This document shows, piece by piece, positions 43,462 to 53,006 of a stretch of 64,000 nucleotides of DNA. The DNA is taken from NCBI GenBank assembly GCA_002167555.2, contig NHDL02000001.1, positions 131,392-195,391 of the forward strand, read 5' to 3'. Position 1 is the stretch's first letter. Each line of letters opens with the position of its first letter. Source of the DNA: Deltaproteobacteria bacterium TMED58. Its GTDB lineage: Bacteria > Desulfobacterota_D > UBA1144. Under the pieces are notes generated by a model, which was not told the origin of the DNA, ran no database searches, and was given only the letters and a program-made list of their open reading frames with translations. The position numbers and the translations under genes were made by a program.

Positions 43462-43973
43462 GTAAATCTATTACTTTTATTTTTTATGTTTTTTTAGGAT
43501 TCATAGTTTTTATGGATGATTCTTTTTCTTTACCCTGGTCCACTGATTTATGGGAACATCCTAGTATCAAGCCATACGAGGAAGCAAGAGATTATCCTGA
43601 GGGCTCGGTTTTTAAGAGCGAAGAATCTCCTGAGCTTGATAGAAAGGAGTACGAAGCAATTGTTACTGGGCCTAACAAGGGAGAGCTATCTATTTCAAAA
43701 GGTAAAGAGTTATACGAAATAAATTGTTATTCATGCCATGGTATGACGGGGCTTGGAGATGGACCAGTCATAAAAAATGATTTAAGACCCAACGCGTATT
43801 TTTACCCAGTAAATCTAAGACAACAGCAAACAATTAATAGAACAGATGGATATATTTATGCCTATATTCGTTATGGTGGATATGTTATGATGCCAGCTTA
43901 CGGCAGAATTACCCCTGATGAAGCATGGGATATAGTTTATTACGTAAGATATTTGCAAGGAAAGGTTAAGTAA
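43458..43973 (+). CDS. actE: Alternative Complex III subunit ActE, monohaem cytochrome c
   Basis: 171 aa. Signal/anchor. Single CYSCHG haem site with a distal Met-rich region (YVMMPAYG). Confidence 0.8.
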   Translation: MSKSITFIFYVFLGFIVFMDDSFSLPWSTDLWEHPSIKPYEEARDYPEGSVFKSEESPELDRKEYEAIVTGPNKGELSISKGKELYEINCYSCHGMTGLGDGPVIKNDLRPNAYFYPVNLRQQQTINRTDGYIYAYIRYGGYVMMPAYGRITPDEAWDIVYYVRYLQGKVK

Positions 43974-43984
43974 AGGATTTTGTT

Positions 43985-45253
43985 ATGAGTATAGATATTA
44001 ATGCTTTATTAGATAGAAAAATTGAATTTCCTAAAACGTTAGATTATTTCTTGTACGGTGGATTTATACTTGGTCTTTTGACTTTTTTATACACTCTTTC
44101 TAACGGTCACGCAGATATTGCATGGACTGCTTTTCATTTAAATTTCGTTTTCTGGGCTGGCGTCAGCCACGGTGGGGTCCTTTTTGCCTGTGCTATGAGA
44201 ATCACTAGTTCTAGTTGGGGAAGATCTATAATGCGTATTTGCGAGTCTTTTGCTGCATTTATGCCAGTTGTGTTTATATTCTTACTTGTACTGCTTTTTA
44301 TTGATGGAGAAAAAACTCTAATATACTTTTCAGAAGATTATCGAAATTATGATTATATTACTAGTAGAAAATATGATCTCTGGCTAAACTTTAATTCTGT
44401 ATTCATAAGAAGCATATTATTGATTGGAACTTTGCACATACTAACATACTATTATTTGTATCATTCAATTAAACAAGATTGTGAAGGAACTGGCAGATTT
44501 AAAGGGTTTTTCTCGTTTTTATCATCCACACCAGAAGAAGGAAAAGAGGTTGACCATGATAATAAGCTTTATAAGTATTCTATAGCTATTGCCTTTGCAT
44601 ATTCGCTATCAATGACTTTCATTGCATTTGATTTTATTATGTCTCTTGATGTGCATTTCTATAGCACATTATTTGGTGTTTATTATTTTATGGCATCAGT
44701 TTTAGCAGCTTTAGGTTTGATTGTGATAATTTCGTCTATGATGACTATTAAATTTAAACTAGAACAAGTTATTACAGAATTTCAATATTATGATGCCGCA
44801 AAATTGATGTTCGGTTTAAGTGTTTTTTGGCTATATACTTTCTTTTCCCAGTTTTTGCCAATTTGGTATGCAAATATGCCCGAAGAAACTGGATTTATTG
44901 CATCAAGGGTATTTGATGAGCCTTATAAGTCTTTATCCTGGGCTATTTTGACATGTATTTTTGTAATCCCTTTTGTGACTTTAATCCCTAGAACAACCAA
45001 AGTTGTAAAACCCATTTTAGTAACCATTGCTTCAATATCTTTCTTAGGATTATTTGTGGAAAAGATTGTATTAATTTATCCTTCACTAATGCATGATCAT
45101 TTTCATTTTGGCCTGGAAAGCATTCTAATATCATTTGGATTTTTATGTTTATTTTTGTTATGCATAACGAAGTTTCTTTCTTACTTCCCAATTTTTGGAC
45201 TAAAAGATAAAAAATTAATAAAAAAACTTTCTAGCGGGGGAGGTCATCATTAA
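43985..45253 (+). CDS. actF: Alternative Complex III subunit ActF (second NrfD-like membrane subunit)
   Basis: 422 aa polytopic membrane protein. Last large gene of the act operon. Confidence 0.8.
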   Translation: MSIDINALLDRKIEFPKTLDYFLYGGFILGLLTFLYTLSNGHADIAWTAFHLNFVFWAGVSHGGVLFACAMRITSSSWGRSIMRICESFAAFMPVVFIFLLVLLFIDGEKTLIYFSEDYRNYDYITSRKYDLWLNFNSVFIRSILLIGTLHILTYYYLYHSIKQDCEGTGRFKGFFSFLSSTPEEGKEVDHDNKLYKYSIAIAFAYSLSMTFIAFDFIMSLDVHFYSTLFGVYYFMASVLAALGLIVIISSMMTIKFKLEQVITEFQYYDAAKLMFGLSVFWLYTFFSQFLPIWYANMPEETGFIASRVFDEPYKSLSWAILTCIFVIPFVTLIPRTTKVVKPILVTIASISFLGLFVEKIVLIYPSLMHDHFHFGLESILISFGFLCLFLLCITKFLSYFPIFGLKDKKLIKKLSSGGGHH

Positions 45254-45402
45254 TGGACAAGAAGAGTGACAGGCTAGGTACAGCCGGAGCAATAGGATTT
45301 GCATTAGGTGTTTTTGGATTTATATCAACTTTATTGATAATATCTTTTCTAGGGCCTTTACTTCCAGACTTGATAAGGAAGGCTTTTGGAGTTATAAATT
45401 AA
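45253..45402 (+). CDS. 49-aa single-TM ORF translationally coupled to actF (candidate small ACIII subunit)
   Basis: Own translation: MDKKSDRLGTAGAIGFALGVFGFISTLLIISFLGPLLPDLIRKAFGVIN*. Its ATG overlaps the actF stop (TAATG). It fills an otherwise unexplained 155-nt gap before purM. It is below the ORF-track length cutoff. Confidence 0.4.
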   Translation: MDKKSDRLGTAGAIGFALGVFGFISTLLIISFLGPLLPDLIRKAFGVIN

Positions 45403-45408
45403 TTCTTA

Positions 45409-46422
45409 ATGAAGTCGAAAATTACTTATAAAGATTCTGGAGTTGATATTAAAGTTGGTAATGACTTCGTAGCTAAAATTCAACGTGATATTAAAAAAAC
45501 CTTAAATAGTAATGTAATTGGAAAAACAACATCTTTTGCTGCGCTTTATTCTATTACAAAAGAGAAAATAAAAAATCCTGTTTTGGTTTCTTGTACAGAT
45601 GGTGTAGGGACTAAAATAGAGCTGGGAATTAAGACAAATAAACTTAGAGGACTAGGAATTGATCTAGTTGCCATGTCAATCAATGATTTGATTTGTACTG
45701 GGGCCAAGCCACTTTTCTTTCTAGACTATTTAGCAACTTCGAAACTAAAAGTTAACTACCATTCTGAGGTTATTAAGGGAATTGTCGAGGGTTGCATTCT
45801 TTCTTCATGCTCTTTAGTAGGGGGGGAAACCGCAGAAATGCCTGGAATGTATAAGGGTAAAGATTTTGATTTAGCTGGTTTTGCGGTTGGAATAGTTGAT
45901 AAAAATAAAATCATACAAACAAAGAAGATTAGAGGAGGAGAGTTACTAATAGGACTTCCTTCTAGTGGACCACACTCAAACGGCTACTCTTTAATTAGAA
46001 AACTTTTTTTTGAAAAAAGAAGTAAGTTTATTCAAGATAAGAGATTTATTAATTCTGTAATGAAGCCAACTAGAATTTATGTTGATATAATTTCTAGTAT
46101 TTTAAGAAAAATTAAGGTTAAAGGGATGGCACATATAACTGGAGGCGGACTTGTTGAAAATATCCCTAGGATTTTGCCAAAGGGCATGGGTATAGAGATT
46201 TATCATTCTAGAATGCCAAAGAATAAACTTTTTAAAGATATACAAGACTATTCAGGTCTAAATTTTGAAGAAATGACTAAAGTTTTTAATATGGGGATTG
46301 GTTTTGTTATTTGTATAAATGAAAAAGACTTGGGAGCTTTATCAAAAATTTTAAACTCTAAAAATGAAAAATTTTATGTATTAGGTAATGTTGTCAAAGG
46401 AAGCGAATTTAAAATTACTTAA
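45409..46422 (+). CDS. purM: phosphoribosylformylglycinamidine cyclo-ligase (AIR synthetase)
   Basis: 337 aa. YKDSGVDI N-terminus. DGVGTK and GGETAEMPG motifs. Confidence 0.95.
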   Translation: MKSKITYKDSGVDIKVGNDFVAKIQRDIKKTLNSNVIGKTTSFAALYSITKEKIKNPVLVSCTDGVGTKIELGIKTNKLRGLGIDLVAMSINDLICTGAKPLFFLDYLATSKLKVNYHSEVIKGIVEGCILSSCSLVGGETAEMPGMYKGKDFDLAGFAVGIVDKNKIIQTKKIRGGELLIGLPSSGPHSNGYSLIRKLFFEKRSKFIQDKRFINSVMKPTRIYVDIISSILRKIKVKGMAHITGGGLVENIPRILPKGMGIEIYHSRMPKNKLFKDIQDYSGLNFEEMTKVFNMGIGFVICINEKDLGALSKILNSKNEKFYVLGNVVKGSEFKIT

Positions 46423-47198
46423 TAGTACCAACCTTGAGGGGAATAATTGAAAGTTATATTTACGTTTAGCTTGTTTAATGTCCAAGCCGAAGGGAATGGA
46501 CCAAATGGTGCTGCTTGATATACCGCATCACCTGCTTCATTATCCAAGTCAGCATAGCCTGAAGATTTAAGAATTTCGCTATTTATGAGTTTCCCCTTTT
46601 TATTTAATGTTATTTTTAGAACAACTTGACCCGTTTCTCCCCTCTGAAGTGAGGAAGTGGGATATGACCATGTCATTTCAATCTTTCTTTTTATCCTTAG
46701 AAAATATGAAATATACTTAAATTCCTGTGTATTGAAGTCAACAGTTACTTCGTCGTTACTCTCAGGGTCAGTAGGACCCGGATTGAATAAACTTTCTGTA
46801 GATTTTGATGATTTATCTGCTAGTTTCTTCTTTTCGGACTTATTCTTTGTTTCTAGGTCTCCTTTTTCTGTAATTTTTTTCTCTTCTTTAGATAAGACTT
46901 TATTGCTCGCTTCACTTTTTTTCGAATCAACTGATTTTTTATTTGAATTTTTAATTGGTGATTTTCTAATTTTTTCTTCAATAACTTTATTTGAGTTTTT
47001 CGCTAATCTACCTGAATCATTTATAATCTTATTTGAGTCAGGGATATCGATTTCTGTGATTTCCAAATATTTTAGGGGTTTTTGAAAGCCTTTAAAGAAT
47101 AAATTATAGTTTTGAAAAATCATAATTATCAGCAGATGAATCATAATTGAGATAATTATGAATTTTTGTTTTTTTATTTTTGATTCTAATTTTTTCAT
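46419..47198 (-). CDS. TonB-family energy transducer (Lys/Ser/Glu-rich rather than Pro-rich linker)
   Basis: 259 aa. N-terminal TM. Charged low-complexity linker. C-terminal TonB_C-like domain (GETGQVVLKITLNKKGKLINSEILKSSGYADLDNEAGDAV). Confidence 0.7.
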   Translation of the reverse strand: MKKLESKIKKQKFIIISIMIHLLIIMIFQNYNLFFKGFQKPLKYLEITEIDIPDSNKIINDSGRLAKNSNKVIEEKIRKSPIKNSNKKSVDSKKSEASNKVLSKEEKKITEKGDLETKNKSEKKKLADKSSKSTESLFNPGPTDPESNDEVTVDFNTQEFKYISYFLRIKRKIEMTWSYPTSSLQRGETGQVVLKITLNKKGKLINSEILKSSGYADLDNEAGDAVYQAAPFGPFPSAWTLNKLNVNITFNYSPQGWYY

Positions 47199-47216
47199 TT
47201 TATTTTATCTAATAAA

Positions 47217-47507
47217 ATGTATCATTATGTAGTGATTAGAAAAGTTTTTTTTCTCTTGATTTTACTACTAATAAGCTTTTTTATAAATGATTCCTATGCA
47301 TTAAAGTCCCCTAGGGAAAAGTGGAATTATCAAAAAAAGGAAGATAATATTAAGCATCATACTATTAAAGTTAGGATTAAATCAAAAAAGAGCGAAAAAA
47401 TAGAAAATTCCTCTGATAGTAATGAATATAATTCTGTAATAAACGAAATAGGAGAGGATGGAACTAAAAAAATAGACAGGCCTGGTTCACCTAGAGACAG
47501 ATGGTAA
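47217..47507 (+). CDS. hypothetical secreted basic protein
   Basis: 96-aa ORF with an N-terminal signal-like segment. No family recognised. Confidence 0.4.
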   Translation: MYHYVVIRKVFFLLILLLISFFINDSYALKSPREKWNYQKKEDNIKHHTIKVRIKSKKSEKIENSSDSNEYNSVINEIGEDGTKKIDRPGSPRDRW

Positions 47508-48190
47508 ATTTTATAAAGTACAGAAATTTTTATATTATTTTTTTATCCCTTTTTTTGCTTAATTCGTGTTCTTGGCTTTCTAAGGAGTGGGAAGATAGAC
47601 CAAAATGGCTTATGCCTGACACAGTTGAATCTAAAGACGTAAACCCAACAGCTTCTTCTAATACAGTTCTAGTCTCAGGATTTAATCTTTCCTCTTCGCA
47701 AAGTGAAGTTAAAAAGAAAATATCTAATGGAGGCTTGAAGTATGAGAAGTCACAAAATGATAAAAAAGATAAGCTAGTTAGTTTTTCATTCGGTGGAACT
47801 TTAATCAATCTTCCAAATCAGTTTAATTATTCTTCTTCTAACTCTACTGTGAATTTTTTTGAAGGGTCAATCTTATCTACTAGGGTAATATTTAATGCAA
47901 TAAATGAGGAGAATTTAGAGGTAATTGTAAATTCTCTTTATAATGTCCTAATAGAGAATTATTCTAATCCAGATTCTGAAAACTCTATCTATTCTTTCCA
48001 GACGTATAAATGGGATAATGAAAACCTAGAAATTTTTCTTTCTGTTGACGAGGAAAATAAAAGGGTTTTGATAACTGAAATTAATTCACAACTAGAAGAG
48101 ACAAGAAGTTTTAAAGAATTTAAGAATAAATATATAGAACAGTATCAAACCTATGATGAAGAAGTAAAGTATGGGAAGCCTAACCGTTAG
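47501..48190 (+). CDS. hypothetical lipoprotein
   Basis: 229 aa. Lipobox-like LLNSC after a hydrophobic N-terminus. No family recognised. Confidence 0.5.
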   Translation: MVNFIKYRNFYIIFLSLFLLNSCSWLSKEWEDRPKWLMPDTVESKDVNPTASSNTVLVSGFNLSSSQSEVKKKISNGGLKYEKSQNDKKDKLVSFSFGGTLINLPNQFNYSSSNSTVNFFEGSILSTRVIFNAINEENLEVIVNSLYNVLIENYSNPDSENSIYSFQTYKWDNENLEIFLSVDEENKRVLITEINSQLEETRSFKEFKNKYIEQYQTYDEEVKYGKPNR

Positions 48191-50150
48191 TCATTTCTTT
48201 ATTAACTATATTCGCAAAGTCTTCCATAATTTTGTTTAAAGAGTAATCTTTAGGTGTATAAACTGCTCTAACCCCTGATTTTTTTAATGTGGCGTGATCC
48301 TCGTCCGGTATAATTCCACCAACTATCAAAGGTGTATTACCGCACCCTTTCTCTTTCATTATTTCTATAATTCTTGGAACAACTGTAAGATGTGAGCCAG
48401 ATAAAATACTCAATCCAATCAGGTCTACATCTTCTTGTTCTACAGTACTAACAATTTCATCAGGAGTTAATCTAATACCATGGTAAATGACTTCCATTCC
48501 TACATCCCTTGCTCTAACTGCAATTTGCTCAGCCCCATTAGAGTGACCATCAAGACCAGGTTTTCCAACTAATATTTTTATTGGTCTTCCAAGCCTTTTA
48601 TTTACATCTTTAACTTTATCTCTAACAAGCGTGATTTCTTCATCATTCACATCAGTTGATATTCCAGTTCCTGTAGGTGGCCTATATTCTCCAAATACTT
48701 CTCTAAGAGCACCTGCCCATTCACCAGTCGTTATACCATTCTTTGCGCACTCTATTGATATTGGCATTATATTGTCTGCGTTTTTAATCACATTCTTGAG
48801 TTTCTCCAAACTTGCTTTAACCTTTTTTTCATCTCTTTTTTCCTTATATTTAAATAGTGAATTAATTTTATCAGAAACAACTTTATCGCTTACTTTTTGT
48901 ATTGATTCATCAACGGAGAGAGGTGATTGTTCAGTTTCCTGGAAAATATTTACACCTATAATTTTTTTATCTCCACTTTCAATATCATGCGATCTTTTTG
49001 CAAGAGAGCTCACTAAAGCCTCTTTCATATATCCATTTTCAAGGGCAACTGCAGCTCCACCCATTTTATCAATTTTATCGATCTCATCATAAGCTAATTG
49101 TTTTAATTCTTTTACTTTCCCTTCGATTATTGTGGAACCTTCGAATATATCCGAAAATTCTAGTAAGTCAGTTTCAAAGGCAAGAATTTGTTGGAACCTC
49201 AGAGACCATTGTTGATCCCAAGGCCTTGGTAGCCCCAGAGCTTCATTCCAACCAGGTAATTGAACAGCTCGAGCTCTTGCATTCTTACTAAGAGTTACAG
49301 CTAGCATTTCGATAATTATTCTAGCAACATTATTCTCTGGTTGCTGTGCGGTTAAACCAAGCGAATTTACTTGAACTCCATATCTAAATCTTCTAAACTT
49401 AGGATCCTCTACGTTATATCTTTTTTGGCATATTTCGTCCCACATTTCTGTGAAAGCTCTCATCTTACATAGTTCCTCGACAAATCTAATTCCTGCATTT
49501 ACAAAAAAAGATATCCTGCCAACTACTTTAGGAAAATCTTCTTCGGGGATTTGACCTGATTCTTTAACTGTGTCTAATATGCAAATTGCATTAGATAAAG
49601 CGAAAGCAATCTCCTGTACAGGAGTTGCACCTGCTTCTTGAAGGTGATAGCTACAAATATTAGTAGGATTCCACTTAGGAATCTTTTTATAGCAAAATAC
49701 AATCATATCAGATATAAGATTTATTGATTCCTTTGGAGGAAAAATATATGTACCTCTGGAAAGATATTCCTTTAATATATCGTTTTGTGTAGTACCTTGG
49801 AGCTTAGAAATATCAACATTAGATTTTTCTGCTGTTGCACAATAAAGGGATAACAGCCAAGCGGCTGGAGCGTTAATGGTCATAGATGTATTCATTTGAT
49901 CCAGAGGTATATCTTGAAAAAGTTTATTCATATCATCTAAGTTAGATATAGGAACGCCAACTTTTCCTACTTCACCTTGAGATAGGATATGGTCTGAGTC
50001 ATAGCCAGTTTGTGTTGGCAAATCAAAAGCCACACTTAATCCAGTTTGACCTTTACTAAGGTTCATCTTGAAAAGTTTATTAGATTCCTCTGCTGTACTG
50101 TGTCCAGCATAAGTTCTCATAATCCAAGGTCTATCTGTTTTATTAGCCAT
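48180..50150 (-). CDS. single-chain coenzyme-B12-dependent acyl-CoA mutase, ethylmalonyl-CoA mutase (Ecm/MeaA)-like
   Basis: 656 aa. RTYAGHSTAEESN and SVAFDLPTQTGYDSDH. My recollection is that methylmalonyl-CoA mutase reads RQYAGFSTA / FDLATHRGYDSD at these positions and that the motifs here are Ecm-type. C-terminal B12-binding domain with the DxHxxG motif (GLDGHSNG). Confidence 0.8.
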   Translation of the reverse strand: MANKTDRPWIMRTYAGHSTAEESNKLFKMNLSKGQTGLSVAFDLPTQTGYDSDHILSQGEVGKVGVPISNLDDMNKLFQDIPLDQMNTSMTINAPAAWLLSLYCATAEKSNVDISKLQGTTQNDILKEYLSRGTYIFPPKESINLISDMIVFCYKKIPKWNPTNICSYHLQEAGATPVQEIAFALSNAICILDTVKESGQIPEEDFPKVVGRISFFVNAGIRFVEELCKMRAFTEMWDEICQKRYNVEDPKFRRFRYGVQVNSLGLTAQQPENNVARIIIEMLAVTLSKNARARAVQLPGWNEALGLPRPWDQQWSLRFQQILAFETDLLEFSDIFEGSTIIEGKVKELKQLAYDEIDKIDKMGGAAVALENGYMKEALVSSLAKRSHDIESGDKKIIGVNIFQETEQSPLSVDESIQKVSDKVVSDKINSLFKYKEKRDEKKVKASLEKLKNVIKNADNIMPISIECAKNGITTGEWAGALREVFGEYRPPTGTGISTDVNDEEITLVRDKVKDVNKRLGRPIKILVGKPGLDGHSNGAEQIAVRARDVGMEVIYHGIRLTPDEIVSTVEQEDVDLIGLSILSGSHLTVVPRIIEIMKEKGCGNTPLIVGGIIPDEDHATLKKSGVRAVYTPKDYSLNKIMEDFANIVNKEMTNG

Positions 50151-50156
50151 ATTAAC

Positions 50157-51191
50157 TTATTCGTTTGACCCTAAAATATCATAACCAGTGATTGACTTAC
50201 TTTTTTCAGCCATTAAATCAAGATATTCTTTGTCTACTAAGCCTGCAAGATAAGCTTTTGAAACTCTCATTAAAGCAATCTTTGCAGTAGCTTCATCAAT
50301 CATTTCACCTGTTTCAGGATTAAACATTGAGCCACCACCCATTTCATGATAAAAATCTAGTTGTTGTTTTGCTTCTTTTATTTGCTCATCGTTTGGTGTG
50401 AAAGCGTCATTAGATATTACAGCTTGTTGAGGATGTATTACCCACGTTCCATCCATACCAATCAAAGCAGAGCCCTGTACTTTTTTTCTCAATCCTTCTT
50501 CTACTTTTGCCACTTGCTCTGGTGTATCATCTTTTCTCCATAATCCTAAATAAACATTATCGATTGCATGAAGCCCTGCAGCCTTAGCGGCAGTTATAAC
50601 AGCTTTTTTTTCATAATAAAAAACTTCATTTTGAGCATCCAAGCAAGCACTAGGATCTACACCAAGTTCCGCAGTATAATCAGCAATTCCGAATATAAGC
50701 CCAGCCATTCTTGGAGAGGCTTTAGCCATATCAAATGCATATTCTAGTGCTCTAGGCCTTTCAATAAGAGCTTCTATTGCTAACTTAGTTTTCCATCCAT
50801 GCTTTGACTCCAATTCATCTAAAGTATCTGAAACTAATTTTACGTCTTCTGGTCCATTACATTTTGGGATAATTATTCCGTGAAACTTATCTACTGCTCC
50901 ACTTAATACTGCTTCCATGTCACCTCTAAAAAATTCAGACCTAAGGTTGTTTGGTCTTACAGTTATAACTTTTTTTCCAAAATCCAAGGTATTTAAAGCT
51001 TCTACCATTGTAGCCCTACTTTTATCACCTTTGAATTCGTAAGGACAGGCGTCCTCTAAATCAGCCATAACATGATCAACTGGTGTTTTTTCTGCACTAG
51101 CTGCATTTGTGTGGAGTTTCATGTTGTGTCCCGGATATGTAAGTTCAGTCCTTGGAACCACTACTCTTGTACCTTCATCTAATATAAACAA
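50157..51191 (-). CDS. HpcH/HpaI-CitE family acyl-CoA lyase (malyl-CoA / beta-methylmalyl-CoA / citramalyl-CoA lyase-like)
   Basis: 344 aa. ADLEDA metal/substrate motif. IIIPKCNGPEDV. FGIADYTAELG. Size and layout resemble the long Mcl-type members. Confidence 0.7.
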   Translation of the reverse strand: MFILDEGTRVVVPRTELTYPGHNMKLHTNAASAEKTPVDHVMADLEDACPYEFKGDKSRATMVEALNTLDFGKKVITVRPNNLRSEFFRGDMEAVLSGAVDKFHGIIIPKCNGPEDVKLVSDTLDELESKHGWKTKLAIEALIERPRALEYAFDMAKASPRMAGLIFGIADYTAELGVDPSACLDAQNEVFYYEKKAVITAAKAAGLHAIDNVYLGLWRKDDTPEQVAKVEEGLRKKVQGSALIGMDGTWVIHPQQAVISNDAFTPNDEQIKEAKQQLDFYHEMGGGSMFNPETGEMIDEATAKIALMRVSKAYLAGLVDKEYLDLMAEKSKSITGYDILGSNE

Positions 51192-51215
51192 TTTAATTTC
51201 CTCCTAGATTCTATT

Positions 51216-52376
51216 TTATTTTAATATAGCTTTAGCGATAACTTCGTGTTGTATTTCACTTGTCCCCTCAAATATGCTAATTACTCTTCCATCTCTCCAG
51301 TATCTTTCAACAGGAAACTCTTTAGAGTATCCATATCCTCCAAGGATTTGCATAGCTTCTCTGGTTATAAACTCTACAGCTTTTGCAGCCTTAACTTTAG
51401 CCATTCCTGCTTCTAGATCACATCTTTTCCCCGAGTCTTTTAATGAGGCAGCATAATAGGTAAGTTGTCTTGCAGCTTCTAGCTCAACTTTCATTTCTGA
51501 CAACTTCATTCTTATAGCTTGATGCTCGCAAATTGGTTTACCAAATTGCTCCCTTTCTTTTGAATATTGAAGTGCAAAATCAAATGCAGCTTGTGCCACA
51601 CCAACCGCACGGGCAGCTGTTTGAAGTCTAGCACTTTCATAACTAACCATTAATTGATAAAAACCCTTATTCTCTTCTCCGCCTAATAGAGAATCTTCAG
51701 GAACAAAAACATCTTCAAAGGCTAAATTAAACGATCTCATTCCATGATATCCCACTGTCGGTATAGGCTCGCCTTTTATGTTTGGGTGAACTATTTTTTC
51801 TGCTGACTCTTTTTCAACAAAAAACATACTTAGACCTTTATGTCTTAGGGAGGTGTCAGGATTTGTTCTTGCAAGAACCATTAAAACATTTGCTCTATTT
51901 GCATAAGTACACCAAGCTTTTGCACCATTTAATAGATATCCTCCATCTGTCTTTGTTGCTTTCATTATCATGCTAGCTGAATCAGAACCTGAATCTGGTT
52001 CGGTGAAAGCCGCGGCAGGTAGAACCGTACCTGTCGCGAGTCCAGGAATATATTTCTTTTTTTGCTCATCAGTGCCATGTGCTTCGAGCAATGTTCCCAT
52101 TATAACCCCTCTTGTCATAACACTTCCTACGCTTAACCATCCTTTGCTTAATTCTTCGGCAACTATGGTCATAGTAATATTATCAAGTCCTAGACCATCG
52201 TATTCTTCTGGGAATAAAACTCCAAAATAGCCTTGTTCTGCCATTTTGGTTATTATTTCCATAGGAATTTCTTCGTTTTTGGCATCTAAATCTGATGCAA
52301 TAGGTATTATTTCCTCTTCAGTAAACCTTCTAACCGCACTTCTAAATTCTTCGTGATCACTAGTAACAAAAGACAT
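51216..52376 (-). CDS. acyl-CoA dehydrogenase (short/branched-chain type, 386 aa)
   Basis: Canonical ACAD layout. AFTEPDSGSD. C-terminal IFEGTSEIQ carrying the catalytic Glu. RBS GGAGGG upstream. Confidence 0.9.
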   Translation of the reverse strand: MSFVTSDHEEFRSAVRRFTEEEIIPIASDLDAKNEEIPMEIITKMAEQGYFGVLFPEEYDGLGLDNITMTIVAEELSKGWLSVGSVMTRGVIMGTLLEAHGTDEQKKKYIPGLATGTVLPAAAFTEPDSGSDSASMIMKATKTDGGYLLNGAKAWCTYANRANVLMVLARTNPDTSLRHKGLSMFFVEKESAEKIVHPNIKGEPIPTVGYHGMRSFNLAFEDVFVPEDSLLGGEENKGFYQLMVSYESARLQTAARAVGVAQAAFDFALQYSKEREQFGKPICEHQAIRMKLSEMKVELEAARQLTYYAASLKDSGKRCDLEAGMAKVKAAKAVEFITREAMQILGGYGYSKEFPVERYWRDGRVISIFEGTSEIQHEVIAKAILK

Positions 52377-52435
52377 AATTATACACCCTCCATGTAATTT
52401 TAATCTCAGTTTAAATCGGGGTAAACTCAGTGTTA

Positions 52436-52463
52436 ATTATACATTGCAGAAAATGAATGAAAA
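52436..52463 (-). promoter_or_regulatory. candidate sigma70-type promoter for the ACAD-lyase-mutase operon (-35 TTTTCA, 16-nt spacer, TG + perfect TATAAT)
   Basis: Minus-strand reading ...TTTTCAttcattttctgcaatgTATAAT..., about 60 nt upstream of the ACAD start. AT-rich background makes false positives likely. Confidence 0.3.
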
Positions 52464-52538
52464 GGGTAAAAAAACTTTTATATGTTGAAATTATATATAT
52501 ATTAATAATATCTACATTTATAGATAAAGGAGTTTATT

Positions 52539-53006
52539 ATGGGAATTACACATATTAGAATTAAGCTTGAAACAGGGAATGTAAAAATAAAATTGAGACC
52601 CGATCTTGCTCCAAATCATGTTCAACGAATAATTGAGCTAGCATCAGAAGGTTTTTATAACGGAGTTGTTTTTCATAGAGTTATTCCTAACTTTATGGCG
52701 CAGACCGGAGATCCAACTGGGACAGGGACAGGAAGTTCAGACAAGCCAAATCTAAACCAAGAATTCTCAAGTGAAAGTCATGTTAGGGGAACTGCATCAA
52801 TGGCAAGATCGGCGGATCCCAATAGTGCAAATTCACAGTTCTTTATCTGTTTTGGTGATTGCTCTTGGCTAAATAATCAATATACTATTTGGGGAGAAGT
52901 AGAAGAAGGAATGGAGCTAATCGATCAAATTAAAAAAGGGGAAGATGAAAGTGGAATGGTTAGAGACCCAGATAAGATGATTGAAGTAGTTACTTTAGAA
53001 GGTTAG
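52539..53006 (+). CDS. peptidyl-prolyl cis-trans isomerase, cyclophilin type
   Basis: 155 aa. FHRVIPNFMAQTGDP and SANSQFFI motifs. RBS AAAGGAG upstream. Confidence 0.9.
   Translation: MGITHIRIKLETGNVKIKLRPDLAPNHVQRIIELASEGFYNGVVFHRVIPNFMAQTGDPTGTGTGSSDKPNLNQEFSSESHVRGTASMARSADPNSANSQFFICFGDCSWLNNQYTIWGEVEEGMELIDQIKKGEDESGMVRDPDKMIEVVTLEG

Noticed and set aside
51216-52376. Calling the acyl-CoA dehydrogenase methylsuccinyl-CoA dehydrogenase (Mcd)
   Set aside because: As I recall, characterised Mcd enzymes carry a long N-terminal extension. This protein is an ordinary 386-aa ACAD, so the specific call is not supported.
52485-52513. TTGAAA ... TAATAT promoter-like boxes upstream of the cyclophilin gene
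   Set aside because: The spacer lengths are off (15 nt for the best -10), and the surrounding DNA is almost pure A/T. This is not distinguishable from background.
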